Below the pieces are notes generated by a model. That model had not been told where the DNA came from and made no database searches. It saw nothing but the letters and a program-made list of their open reading frames with translations. A stretch of 64,000 bases of DNA from NCBI GenBank assembly GCA_963721695.1, contig CAVRKU010000030.1:192762-256761 (forward strand). The letters are read 5' to 3'. Both the position numbers and the translations under genes were made by a program. The DNA is from an uncultured Microthrixaceae bacterium (GTDB lineage Bacteria; Actinomycetota; Acidimicrobiia; Acidimicrobiales; VFJN01). Numbering within the stretch: position 1 is the first letter of the stretch; each line of letters starts with the position of its first letter. Positions 1 through 9,413 of the stretch are shown in pieces.

Positions 1-702
1 AAGCTGAGCTACCTCATCACCGATGACGACCACGAGGCGGTCGACGTCTCGGTGCACCCTCCGTTCACCGACCTGCGCACCGTGCAGACCTACTTCATCA
101 GCGAGAAGGAGCCCATCCCGATCGCGCTCGGCGCGCAGAACTGCCACGCCGAGGACAAGGGTGCGTTCACCGGAGAGGTGTCGGCGGCGATGCTGGCGAA
201 GCTGGACGTCCAGTATGTGATCGCCGGCCACTCCGAGCGGCGGGAGCTGTTCGGCGAGACCGACGACCAGGTGAACGCCAAGGTGCACGCCATCCTGCGC
301 TCGGCGATGACGCCGATCCTGTGCTGCGGGGAGACGCTCGAGGAGCGGGAGGCGGGGTCTACGGAGTCGAAGGTGACCGGCCAGGTCCAGGCGGGTCTCG
401 CGGGGCTCAGCGCGGCCCAGGTCGCCGGGCTGGTGGTCGCCTACGAGCCGATCTGGGCGATCGGAACCGGACGCACGGCCAGCGCTGAGGATGCGCAGGC
501 CGTCTGCGCCCTCGTGCGGGCGGTCGTGGCCGGCGCCGCAGGGGCCGACGCGGCCGCCTCGGTGCGGATCCAGTACGGCGGTTCGGTCAAACCGACCAAC
601 GCGGCCGAGCTCATGGGCCAGCCCGACATCGACGGGGCCCTGGTGGGCGGGGCGAGCCTCGAGGCCGACGACTTTGCCCGAATCGTCCAATATCGTCGCT
701 GA
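1..702 (+). CDS. tpiA: triosephosphate isomerase, 5-prime end cut by the window edge
   Basis: Frame 1 is open from base 1 to the stop at 700-702. TIM motifs are present: AGHSERR, VAYEPIWAIGTG, IQYGGSVKP. Confidence 0.95.
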   Translation, partial: KLSYLITDDDHEAVDVSVHPPFTDLRTVQTYFISEKEPIPIALGAQNCHAEDKGAFTGEVSAAMLAKLDVQYVIAGHSERRELFGETDDQVNAKVHAILRSAMTPILCCGETLEEREAGSTESKVTGQVQAGLAGLSAAQVAGLVVAYEPIWAIGTGRTASAEDAQAVCALVRAVVAGAAGADAAASVRIQYGGSVKPTNAAELMGQPDIDGALVGGASLEADDFARIVQYRR

Positions 703-1011
703 ACCGTCATCATCGGCGAACCACTGGACGTTCCGCTCAACCCCGAATCCTGGGTTGGGCGAACCGCCTAGGGAGGCCCGTCCCCACTGGTCGGATGGGT
801 ATGTCGATCTGGTTACCGCCTCACCGGATGACCACCGACGAGGCGATTCTCTGGGCACCTGCGTCGGTGGGTGATGCCCGCGTCGCCGGGATCCTGCTAA
901 CGTCATCCGCCGTTCGCCTTTATGCGGTCCATCACGTCCGGATCGAGGCGCACCAGCCTGATGGGGGAGATCCCCGAGGCATCCTGACCATGCTATAGGG
1001 AGGTCCACCAC

Positions 1012-2690
1012 GTGAGACTCAAGCGCAAGGGCCTGCAGCTCCTTGCTCTCTTCCTCGGGCTCTCGCTCGTCGCCGCCGCGTGCGGTAGTGACGACGGGGA
1101 TTCGGGGAGCAGTGACACAACCGGAGGTGAGGCACCAACAGCGGCCGGAGGCGACTTCATCGACCTCGGCACGTTCGTGGGTGATCCGCCGGAGCACATC
1201 GACCCGGCGCTCAACTCCACGCTCGACGCCTACCAGGTGATCAACGCGATCTATGACGGTCTCACCGACATCGACGCATCCGATCCCGCCAACCCGCAGA
1301 TCGTGCCGCACGTTGCCGAGTCCTACGAGGCCAACGACGACGCGTCCGTGTGGACCTTCACGATCCGTGACGGCCAGACGTTCGCTGGGGGCGAGGAGAT
1401 CCTTCCGAGCACCTTCAAGGCGTCCTGGGAGCGGGCCGCCGCCCTCGCCGGCGACTACAGCTACCTCCTCACCTTCATCGAAGGTGGCGAGGAAGCCCTC
1501 GACCCGGCCAGTGACCACACCATCTCCGGTGTCGTCGCGGACGACGACGCCATGACCCTCGAGGTCACGCTCTCCGCCCCGTACTCGAACTTCCCCGCAG
1601 TCGCCGGCTTCCAGCTCTTCATGCCGGTGCCCGCCGAAGCGATCGAGGCCGGAGCCGAGTGGGAGAACGGCGTCATGTTCGGCAACGGCCCCTACAAGAT
1701 GGAGAGGCCCGCACCGACCAGCTCATCAAGCGTCGTGAAGAGCGACGAGTGGACCGGCGACTACAACCAGGACACCTGGGACAGCCGCCTCGACACGATC
1801 GAGTTCCGCACGACGGCCGACCCGGACACCTCGTACAACGCGTTCGAGGCCGGCGAGGGCAACAACGCGAACATCCCGCCCGCGCGGGTCGCTGACGCCC
1901 AGGCTGCCTACGGGAACACCCTCGACGTCTCCATCCTCGGGTCCTACCACTGGGTGCTCGAACACCGAGGAAGGCCCCCTCGCAGGCGAGGAGAACCTGA
2001 AGCTCCGCCAGGCCATCTCGGCGGCCGATCAACCGCGAGGAGATCAACGAGGCTGTGTACAGCAACAGCCGCACGAACTCCACCGGTGTCACCCCCGAGG
2101 GCATCCCCGGCTTCCAGGCCGACCTGTGCGAGTACTGCACGTACGACGCGGAGCAGGCGCAGACGTTGTTCGACGAGTGGAAGGCGGAGGGCAACTCGCT
2201 CACCGAGCCCATCCCGCTCCAGTTCAACGCTGATGCCGGCCACGAGCCCGTTGCGGCGATCGTGGTCGACAACCTCGCTGCCATCGGCATCGAGGCCGTC
2301 GCCCAGCCGATGAACGGAGAGACCTACTTCTCCGATCTCGCGGCTGGTGGCTGCATCGCCATGTGCCGGGCCGGTTGGTTCGCCGACTACCCGACGTACG
2401 ACAACTTCATGTTCGACTTGTTCCACACCGACTCCATCGGTGGCAACAACCTCGGACCGTTCTCCAACGAGGAGTTCGACAGCCTCGTTGCGGAGGGCAA
2501 GGAGACCGTTGACCCCGATGATCAGGCCGCCCTGTTCCAGGATGCGGAGAAGATCCTCCTCAACGAGGACACCGGCGTCGTCCCGATGAACTGGTACCTG
2601 GGCGACTACGTCTACAGCGACGACATCGCCAACTTCCCGCAGACCAACTTCGGTCTGATCCTGTGGGAGCAGGTGGCATTCGCCGAGTGA
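1012..2690 (+). pseudogene. ABC transporter substrate-binding lipoprotein (family 5, peptide/nickel type), reading frame broken twice
   Basis: The N-terminus has a lipoprotein signal (LALFLGLSLVAAACGSDDG). The family-5 SBP body continues through three frames: 1012 frame to about 1960, the NTEEGPLAGEENLKLRQAISAA segment from 1961 to 2026, then INREEINEAVYSNS... from 2028 to the stop at 2690. Both breaks are net +1. Confidence 0.8.
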
Positions 2691-2713
2691 CCCACCTTCA
2701 CTGAGGTGAATAT

Positions 2714-2743
2714 GGTCGGGGGGCGCTGAGGCGCCCCCCGACC
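2714..2743 (+). terminator. perfect 13-bp GC-rich hairpin (GGTCGGGGGGCGC tgag GCGCCCCCCGACC) between the binding-protein and permease genes; likely an intra-operon attenuator or terminator
   Basis: The inverted repeat was read directly from the sequence. It lies 24 nt after the SBP stop and 21 nt before the permease start. No clear U-tract follows. Confidence 0.55.
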
Positions 2744-2763
2744 GTCCTCCGGAGACAGCTCAC

Positions 2764-3772
2764 ATGACCGCATACATCACCCGCCGTGTCCTGCTGATCA
2801 TCCCGACTGTCTTCTTCGCGCTCTCGTTCCTCTTCATCGCTCTTCTTCACGCTCCCGGGCGACCCGGCGAACCTCATCGCCGGCGGCGCCAACCGGGTCC
2901 CCGACCCGATCCAGGTCGAGCAGATCAACGAGCGCTACGGCTTCAACGACCCGTTGATCGTGCAGTTCAAGAACTACTGGTCGTCCGTGCTCCACTGGGA
3001 CCTCGGCGAGTCGTTCCAGACCGGCCGCAGCGTCAACGACATCCTCAACGAGCGCACCGTGAACAGCCTGCGGCTGGCGTTCTGGGCGATCCTCATCGAG
3101 ATCGTCGTCGGCATCTCGGTGGGCATCCTGTCCGCCATCCGTCGGTATTCGATGTCCGATCGGCTCACCACGATCGTCACCGCCGCGGCATCGGCGGTGC
3201 CCGTCTTCGTGCTGGGCTTCATCCTCCAGTACATCTTCGCGGTCGTCCCCAACAAGCAGGGATGGCCCGAGTGGATGGCCCTGCGGACCTCGCAGCTCGG
3301 TCCCGACACCTGGGCCTTCTTCTTCATCCCGACCGGGGAGCAGTGGCGCTACCTGCTGCTGCCGGCGATCACGCTGGCCGCCGTGTCCACCGCTCTCGCC
3401 GCTCGCATGACCCGTGGCTCGATGCTCGAGGTGATGCGCGCCGACTACATGCGGACGGCCCGGGCCAAGGGCCTGGGTGAGCGATCGATCGTCACCCGGC
3501 ACGGGCTTCGCAACGCGATGCTCCCCGTGATCACGCTCATCGGCATCGACTTCGGCACGGTGATCGGTGCCGCGGTGCTCACCGAGACCGTCTTCTCCTG
3601 GCCGGGCCTCGGCTCCGCGATCGCCGACTCCGTGATCGACCGGGATCTGCCGATCACCCTCGGCCTCACGCTGGCCGTCGTCATCGCCTACTCCATTATC
3701 AACCTCCTGGTCGACCTGTCGTACGCTTGGTTCGACCCGCGCATCCGCCTGGGCCAAGGGAGCGAAGCATGA
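2764..3772 (+). pseudogene. ABC transporter permease (DppB/OppB-like), one frame break near 2841
   Basis: The N-terminus MTAYITRRVLLIIPTVFFALSFLFIA continues in the next frame as FFTLPGDPANLIAGGANRVPDPIQVEQINERYGFNDPLIVQF..., which merges with ORF 2954-3772. This is a typical BPD transport permease with an EAA-like region. Confidence 0.8.
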
Positions 3773-4698
3773 GCACCCTCACACCGACCGGCGGCGTCGG
3801 CCCGGCCAGCGAGCTCGAGGCCCACGAGAACGTCGCCGACGTCGCCGACATCGGTGAGGCTCGCCCCCTCCGGAAGGACATCTGGAAGCGGTTCAAGCGC
3901 AACAAGCTGGCGATGGTCGGGCTCGTCCTCCTCGTCATCCTCGTGCTCACGGCGATCTTCGCTCCCCTCATCGCCCCGTACACGATCACCCAGCGCTTCA
4001 CCGGGGAGTACCGGCAGCCCCCGTCGGCCGATCACTGCTTCGGCACCGACACGATCGGGCGGGATGTGTTCAGCCGGGTGGTCTACGGCGCCCGGGTGTC
4101 GCTGCGGATCGGCATCATCGCCACCGCGATCCTGCTCGTCATCGGTCTCATCCTGGGCGCCGTGGCGGGCTTCTTCAGTGGGATCACCGACACCCTCATC
4201 ATGCGCGTCACCGACGTCTTCCTGGCGATCCCCTACATCGTGCTGGCCGTGGCGATCGCATCCATGCTCGGGCGCAGCGAGAACACCGTGATCGTCGTGC
4301 TCGGCCTCACCGGATGGCTCGGGGTGTGCCGCATCGTCCGGTCGAGCTTCCTCGGCCTCAAGCAGCTCGAGTACGTCGAAGCGGCCACCGCGCTCGGCTA
4401 CTCGCGCATCCGGATCATGTTCCGGCACATCCTGCCGAACGCTCTGCAGCCGATCATCGTCTACGGCACCATCGCCGTCGGCGGCGTGATCCTCTCGGAG
4501 GCGGCGCTTTCGTTCCTCGGCGTCGGGCCCACCGATCCCACCCCGGCGTGGGGGCTCATGGTGTCGGAGGGCAAGAGCCTCCTGGCCGTCGCCCCCCACC
4601 TGCTCTTCTTCCCCGGCATGGCCATCTTCCTCACCGTCCTCGCCTTCGTCTTCGTCGGCGACGGCCTCCGCGACGCACTGGATCCCAAGCTCAAGTGA
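3769..4698 (+). CDS. ABC transporter permease (DppC/OppC-like)
   Basis: The ATG at 3769 overlaps the previous stop (ATGA). The sequence MSTLTP...CFGTDTIGRDVFSRVVYGARVSL...ILPNALQPIIV is typical of OppC. Confidence 0.9.
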   Translation: MSTLTPTGGVGPASELEAHENVADVADIGEARPLRKDIWKRFKRNKLAMVGLVLLVILVLTAIFAPLIAPYTITQRFTGEYRQPPSADHCFGTDTIGRDVFSRVVYGARVSLRIGIIATAILLVIGLILGAVAGFFSGITDTLIMRVTDVFLAIPYIVLAVAIASMLGRSENTVIVVLGLTGWLGVCRIVRSSFLGLKQLEYVEAATALGYSRIRIMFRHILPNALQPIIVYGTIAVGGVILSEAALSFLGVGPTDPTPAWGLMVSEGKSLLAVAPHLLFFPGMAIFLTVLAFVFVGDGLRDALDPKLK

Positions 4699-5798
4699 CC
4701 CTCAACACCGTTGGCACCCGCGAGGTGCTCCTCTCCGTCCGCGACCTCGAGGCCAAGTTCACCACCGATGACGGCGTCGTCCGCGCCGTCGACGGCGTGT
4801 CGTTCGACGTCCATCGCGGCGAGGTCTTCGCCATCGTCGGCGAGTCGGGCTCCGGGAAGTCCGTCACGGCGATGACGATCCTCGGCCTGATCCCGACGGT
4901 CGAGGTCGACAACGGCGAGATCCTCTGGAAGGGCCGCGATCTCGTCACCGCCAGCGAGGACGAGCGCCGCAAGATCCGCGGGGGCGAGATCGCGATGATC
5001 TTCCAGGATCCGCTCACGGCGTTGAACCCGGTGCACACCGTCGGCCGTCAGATCGGCGAGATGGCACGGGTCCACGAGGGGCTCAACAAGAAGGACGCCT
5101 TCGAGCGCGCCATCGAGATGCTCGATCTGGTGGGCATCCCCGAGGCCCGCAAGCGAGCCAAGATGTACCCGCACGAGTACTCGGGCGGGATGCGCCAGCG
5201 GGCGATGATCGCCATGGCGATCACCTGCAAGCCCGACCTCCTCATCGCTGACGAGCCGACCACGGCCCTCGACGTCACCGTGCAGGCCCAGGTGCTCGAG
5301 GTGCTGATCGACATCAAGGACGAGATCGACTCCGGGATCATCCTGATCACGCACGACCTCGGCGTGGTGGCCGGCCTCGCCGACCAGGTGATGGTGATGT
5401 ACGCCGGCCGGCAGGTGGAGATGGGCACCACCGACGAGATCTTCTACGAGTCGCGCCACCCGTACACGCTGGGGCTCCTGGCCAGCCTGCCCCGCCTCGA
5501 CGACGTGGGCGAGGAGCCGCTGCTGCCCATCGCCGGATCGCCGCCCTCGCTCATCCGCCGCCCCGACGGCTGCGCCTTCCACCCGCGGTGCCGGTTCGCC
5601 CGGATCCCGGGCCTGTGCAACACGGAGGTGCCCGAGCTGCGCCTCGTCGCCGGCGACGCGCATCGGTCCGCGTGCCACTACGCCGAGACCCTCGCCGACG
5701 TCACCGTGGAGAGCATGCGGGCGCAGGTCGACGAGGCCGAGCTGGTCGTGGCCGACGGCTTCGTCGAACCGCTGAGCACCGAGGACGCCGAGGCGTGA
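4695..5798 (+). CDS. ABC transporter ATP-binding protein (OppD/DppD-like)
   Basis: The GTG at 4695 overlaps the upstream TGA. Walker A is GESGSGKS, the signature is YSGGMRQR, and Walker B is [12 protein letters not shown]. An oligopeptide C-terminal domain is present. Confidence 0.9.
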   Translation: MTLNTVGTREVLLSVRDLEAKFTTDDGVVRAVDGVSFDVHRGEVFAIVGESGSGKSVTAMTILGLIPTVEVDNGEILWKGRDLVTASEDERRKIRGGEIAMIFQDPLTALNPVHTVGRQIGEMARVHEGLNKKDAFERAIEMLDLVGIPEARKRAKMYPHEYSGGMRQRAMIAMAITCKPDLLIADEPTTALDVTVQAQVLEVLIDIKDEIDSGIILITHDLGVVAGLADQVMVMYAGRQVEMGTTDEIFYESRHPYTLGLLASLPRLDDVGEEPLLPIAGSPPSLIRRPDGCAFHPRCRFARIPGLCNTEVPELRLVAGDAHRSACHYAETLADVTVESMRAQVDEAELVVADGFVEPLSTEDAEA

Positions 5799-6853
5799 CC
5801 GACCTCGCCGCCTCCACGGCCGCTCCCGAGATGAACGGCGAGGGTCCGCTGCTGGTCGCGACCGGCCTCGTCAAGGACTTCCCCATCCGCGGCGGCATCC
5901 TCGGGCGCACCGTCGGGATCGTGTCCGCCGTGGCGGGCGTGTCCCTCTCCGTCAAGCGGGGCGAGACCCTCGGCGTGGTGGGGGAGTCGGGCTGCGGCAA
6001 GTCCACCACCGGCCGGATGCTGCTCGACCTCATCCCCCCGACCGCCGGCGAGGTCCTCTTCGACGGCCAGTCGCTCACCAGGACGTCGGGCAAGGAGCTG
6101 TCGCGGATGCGGCGCCGGTTCCAGATCGTGTTCCAGGACCCGTACGCGTCGCTGAACCCGCGCATGACGATCGGCCACACGTTGGGCGAGCCGCTCAAGT
6201 TCCACTTCGGCTGGAAGGACGAGGCCATCACCGAGCGGGTGCAGGAGCTGCTGACCATCGTCGGCCTCTCACCCGAGCACGCCAACCGCTTCCCGCACGA
6301 GTTCTCCGGCGGCCAGCGGCAGCGGGTGGGGATCGCCCGGGCCCTCGCCCTCGAGCCCGATCTGATCGTGCTCGACGAGCCCGTGTCGGCGCTCGACGTC
6401 TCCATCCAGGCCGGCATCGTCAACCTGCTCGAGATGCTCCAGGACCAGCTCGGCCTCGCCTACGTGTTCATCGCCCACGACCTGTCCGTGGTCCGCCACA
6501 TCGCCGACCGCGTCGCGGTCATGTACCTCGGCAAGGTCGTCGAAGAGGGGACGCGCGACCAGATCTACAACGAGCCGGGGCACCCCTACACGCAGGCCCT
6601 GCTGTCCGCCGTGCCCCTCCCGGACCCCCGTCGGGAGCAGGCCCGGGAGCGGATCATCCTCCGCGGCGACGTCCCGTCGCCCGCCGACCCGCCCAGCGGC
6701 TGTCGCTTCCGGACGCGGTGCTGGAAGAAGCTCGAGCTCGAGGAGGGCGGGGTCGACACGTCGGCGTGCTCCGAGCAGGAGCCGATCCTCGACTCGAAGG
6801 AGGTCGGCCACCCGGTGGCCTGCCACTTCACCACCCTCCGCCAGGTCCTCTGA
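5795..6853 (+). CDS. ABC transporter ATP-binding protein (OppF/DppF-like)
   Basis: The GTG at 5795 overlaps the upstream TGA. Walker A is GESGCGKST, the signature is FSGGQRQR, and Walker B is [12 protein letters not shown]. Confidence 0.9.
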   Translation: MTDLAASTAAPEMNGEGPLLVATGLVKDFPIRGGILGRTVGIVSAVAGVSLSVKRGETLGVVGESGCGKSTTGRMLLDLIPPTAGEVLFDGQSLTRTSGKELSRMRRRFQIVFQDPYASLNPRMTIGHTLGEPLKFHFGWKDEAITERVQELLTIVGLSPEHANRFPHEFSGGQRQRVGIARALALEPDLIVLDEPVSALDVSIQAGIVNLLEMLQDQLGLAYVFIAHDLSVVRHIADRVAVMYLGKVVEEGTRDQIYNEPGHPYTQALLSAVPLPDPRREQARERIILRGDVPSPADPPSGCRFRTRCWKKLELEEGGVDTSACSEQEPILDSKEVGHPVACHFTTLRQVL

Positions 6854-6928
6854 CCCGTCTGGGTCTCGACGCGGGCCCCTGCTAGCGTTTCCAGGCCCGC
6901 TGGGCCCATTCCTCGCCAGGAGAACTCG

Positions 6929-7159
6929 TTGCTCGAAGCAGTCGTCATCGGCATCCACCTCATCGCCTCGTGTGCGCTGATCGGGCTCGTGCTGCTCCAC
7001 AGCGGCAAGGGCGGCGGCCTCTCCGACATGTTCGGCGGGAGCGTTGGGGCCACCGCGCTCGGTTCGGCGGCGGCTGAACGGAACCTCGACCGGATCACCG
7101 TCGTCGTCGCCCTCATCTTCGCCTTCACCACCACCGGCCTCGCCTTCCTGCTCGACTGA
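6929..7159 (+). CDS. secG: preprotein translocase subunit SecG
   Basis: This is a 76-aa two-TM protein with the LLHSGKGGGLSDMFGG...AERNLDRIT motif. The apparent start is TTG. Confidence 0.85.
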   Translation: MLEAVVIGIHLIASCALIGLVLLHSGKGGGLSDMFGGSVGATALGSAAAERNLDRITVVVALIFAFTTTGLAFLLD

Positions 7160-7167
7160 GGTCACGG

Positions 7168-8760
7168 ATGCCAGCCGGACGCGGGCGGGGCACCTGGGCG
7201 CTCGTCGGCCTCGCGCTGCTCGTCGCGCTCGCGAGCTGCACGAGCGACGACGGCGCCGATGCGGCGACCACCACGACCAGCACCACCACCACGGCTGGGG
7301 CCGACGCGCAGACCATGCGGCTCGGGATCGGTGGGGATCTCGTCGTCGACCCTGTCGAGGCGTCGCTCGCCTCTCCTCAGGACATGATGGTGATCGATCT
7401 GCTGCACGACGGGCTCACCCGCATGGACGACGCCGGGGTGCCGCAGCCTGCACTCGCCGTCTCGTGGCGGGCGAACGCCGACAACACGGCCTTCCGGTTC
7501 GAGCTCGATCGTGAGGGCACGTTCGCCAGCGGCCGTCCGGTGACGTCAGAGGATGTCATCGCGTCGCTCGAGCGGATCATCCTCGAGGGAGACACGTCGC
7601 TGGCCGCGCTGTCGCTGGAGGGGATCACTGGCTTCCGGGCCTTCGCCGAGGGCGAGGCCGACCATGTCAGCGGCTTGCAGGCCCTGACCTCCCGCACCGT
7701 CCGCTTCGAGCTCGAGACCCCCCTCTCGGTGTTGCCCGAGGTGCTCTCCAGCCCTCTGCTCTCGGTGGTCGATGCGGAGTCCATCGAAGGCGACCTGGGC
7801 GAGCTGGACCTGAGCGGCGACTGGGCGGTGGCGTCGAGCGACGACGATGTGCTGACGGTCGAGCGGCGCGAGGGCGCTCCCGACGAGCTGGCGGCCGTGG
7901 AGCTGCACAGCTACGACGACGACGAAGCCGCCTACGACGCGTTCGTGGCGACGGACGTCGACTGGGCCGGCGTTCCTTCGGCGCGCTTCCAGGAAGCGGT
8001 CGACGACTACGGCGACGGCTCCTTCGCTCCCTTCCAGGCCGAGCTGTTCTTCGGGATGAACCTCAGCAACCCGAACCTCGCCGAGGCACCGTTGCGGGTG
8101 GCCATCGTGCGCGCCATCGACCGGGAGGCCATCGTCGACGAGGTGTACTCGGAGCTCGCCGATCCGCTCTCCACGATCGTCCCGGCGGGGATCGTCGGCC
8201 ATGACGCCGACCGCTGTCCGTCGTGTGCCCACGATCCGGAGGAGGCGGCGCAGATCGTCGACCTCCTGTACCCCGACGGCAAGGTGCCGACCATCGGCAT
8301 CGACTTCGACGAGTCTGAGGCCCAGCAGGAGATGGCCGAGATGGTCGCGGCGGACCTCGAGGCCGTCGGCATCCCCACCAAGCTCCGGCCGCGACCGCTC
8401 GACGAGTACAAGCAGTTCGTGGTGTCCGGTCGGCAGCAGCTCTTCAGCTTCGGCTGGATCGGCGCCTACCAGTCACCCGACGCCTACCTGGCACCGCTGT
8501 TCGGTTCGGCCGCCAACGACAACCTCACCCACTACCGATCGCTCCGCGTCGACGGGCGCCTGGCGCTCGCCCGGCTCGGCGCCGACGGGGCCACGAACCT
8601 GCAGCGCTGGGCCATCGCCGAGACCGATGTCCTCGAGGCGGCGGTGGTCGTGCCGATCGCCCAGTTCCGCACCCAGGTGGTGGTCGCGGACCGGGTGGAG
8701 GGCCTCACCCATGCCGTCGACGGGACGGTCGACTGGACCGTCGTCCACATCGTCGACTGA
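7168..8760 (+). CDS. ABC transporter substrate-binding lipoprotein (family 5), intact
   Basis: A lipobox is present (LLVALASCTSDDG). The 530-aa body has SBP family-5 features. The gene starts 9 nt after secG. Confidence 0.8.
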   Translation: MPAGRGRGTWALVGLALLVALASCTSDDGADAATTTTSTTTTAGADAQTMRLGIGGDLVVDPVEASLASPQDMMVIDLLHDGLTRMDDAGVPQPALAVSWRANADNTAFRFELDREGTFASGRPVTSEDVIASLERIILEGDTSLAALSLEGITGFRAFAEGEADHVSGLQALTSRTVRFELETPLSVLPEVLSSPLLSVVDAESIEGDLGELDLSGDWAVASSDDDVLTVERREGAPDELAAVELHSYDDDEAAYDAFVATDVDWAGVPSARFQEAVDDYGDGSFAPFQAELFFGMNLSNPNLAEAPLRVAIVRAIDREAIVDEVYSELADPLSTIVPAGIVGHDADRCPSCAHDPEEAAQIVDLLYPDGKVPTIGIDFDESEAQQEMAEMVAADLEAVGIPTKLRPRPLDEYKQFVVSGRQQLFSFGWIGAYQSPDAYLAPLFGSAANDNLTHYRSLRVDGRLALARLGADGATNLQRWAIAETDVLEAAVVVPIAQFRTQVVVADRVEGLTHAVDGTVDWTVVHIVD

Positions 8761-8834
8761 CCTCCGATCGGTTGGCCGCCCCCGTGGGCAGCCGTGTACG
8801 GTGACCACTCCCCAGGGGTGACCCGAGGGGCCAC

Positions 8835-8921
8835 GTCGGAGTGGCGGAATTGGCAGACGCGCCAGCTTGAGGGGCTGGTGTCCTCAGGGACGTGGGGGTT
8901 CAAGTCCCCCCTCCGACACCA
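8835..8921 (+). tRNA. tRNA-Leu, anticodon GAG, encoded CCA end
   Basis: I folded the cloverleaf manually. The acceptor is GTCGGAG/CTCCGAC. The anticodon stem CCAGC/GCTGG carries the loop TTGAGGG. There is a long variable arm, and the T-arm is GGGGG TTCAAGT CCCCC. Total length is 87 nt. Confidence 0.9.
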
Positions 8922-8947
8922 CCCAAGGCCGCAGATCCGCTCGCCGA

Positions 8948-9352
8948 TCAGTCAAGCTGCCACCAGTAGTTCACGTCTCCGAGGGCCTTCCGTTCGCCGC
9001 TGAGGGACTCGTACAGCGCTTGAGCGGGGAGGTTGTGGCCACCGGTCGACAGCCAGAACCTCGACGAGCCTCGGCGCCGGGCAAGCTCCATCGAGCTCTC
9101 GATCAGCCCGGTGGCGATGCGACGCCGGCGGAACTCCTCGCGTACGTCGAGCTCGTGCAGGTAGGTGACCAGCCGGCCGTTGGGATATCGGATCTGCACT
9201 CCCCACGCCAGGCCAGCAGGCACATCGTCGACGTACGCCCCGAACCCGAACGAAGCCGGGTCCGCGAGGAAGGTGGACGGCCCGGAACCATCCGCGGCGA
9301 GCCTCTCGGAGAACCCGGGCAGGACAGCATCGAACAGCTCGACCAGCGCCAC
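8948..9352 (-). CDS. GNAT family N-acetyltransferase; start uncertain
   Basis: The acetyl-CoA binding-type segment is VREEFRRRRIATGLIESSMELARRRG. The same frame upstream of the GTG start still reads as protein (HTVRELGSGDP) but has no start codon, so the 5-prime end may be damaged. Confidence 0.7.
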   Translation of the reverse strand: MALVELFDAVLPGFSERLAADGSGPSTFLADPASFGFGAYVDDVPAGLAWGVQIRYPNGRLVTYLHELDVREEFRRRRIATGLIESSMELARRRGSSRFWLSTGGHNLPAQALYESLSGERKALGDVNYWWQLD

Positions 9353-9413
9353 CGGATCGCCCGAACCCAGCTCTCGAACAGTGTGTGTACGAGAGGGACC
9401 TCGACGGTGGGGT

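Noticed and set aside
2834-6423. Long antisense ORFs opposite the ABC transporter genes (2834-3757, 3688-4599, 4461-5678, 5701-6423 and 6269-7165, all minus strand)
   Set aside because: Their translations are dominated by Arg/Gly/Pro/Asp/His runs with no motifs. They mirror well-supported genes on the other strand. These are typical shadow ORFs of a GC-rich genome, where stop codons are rare.
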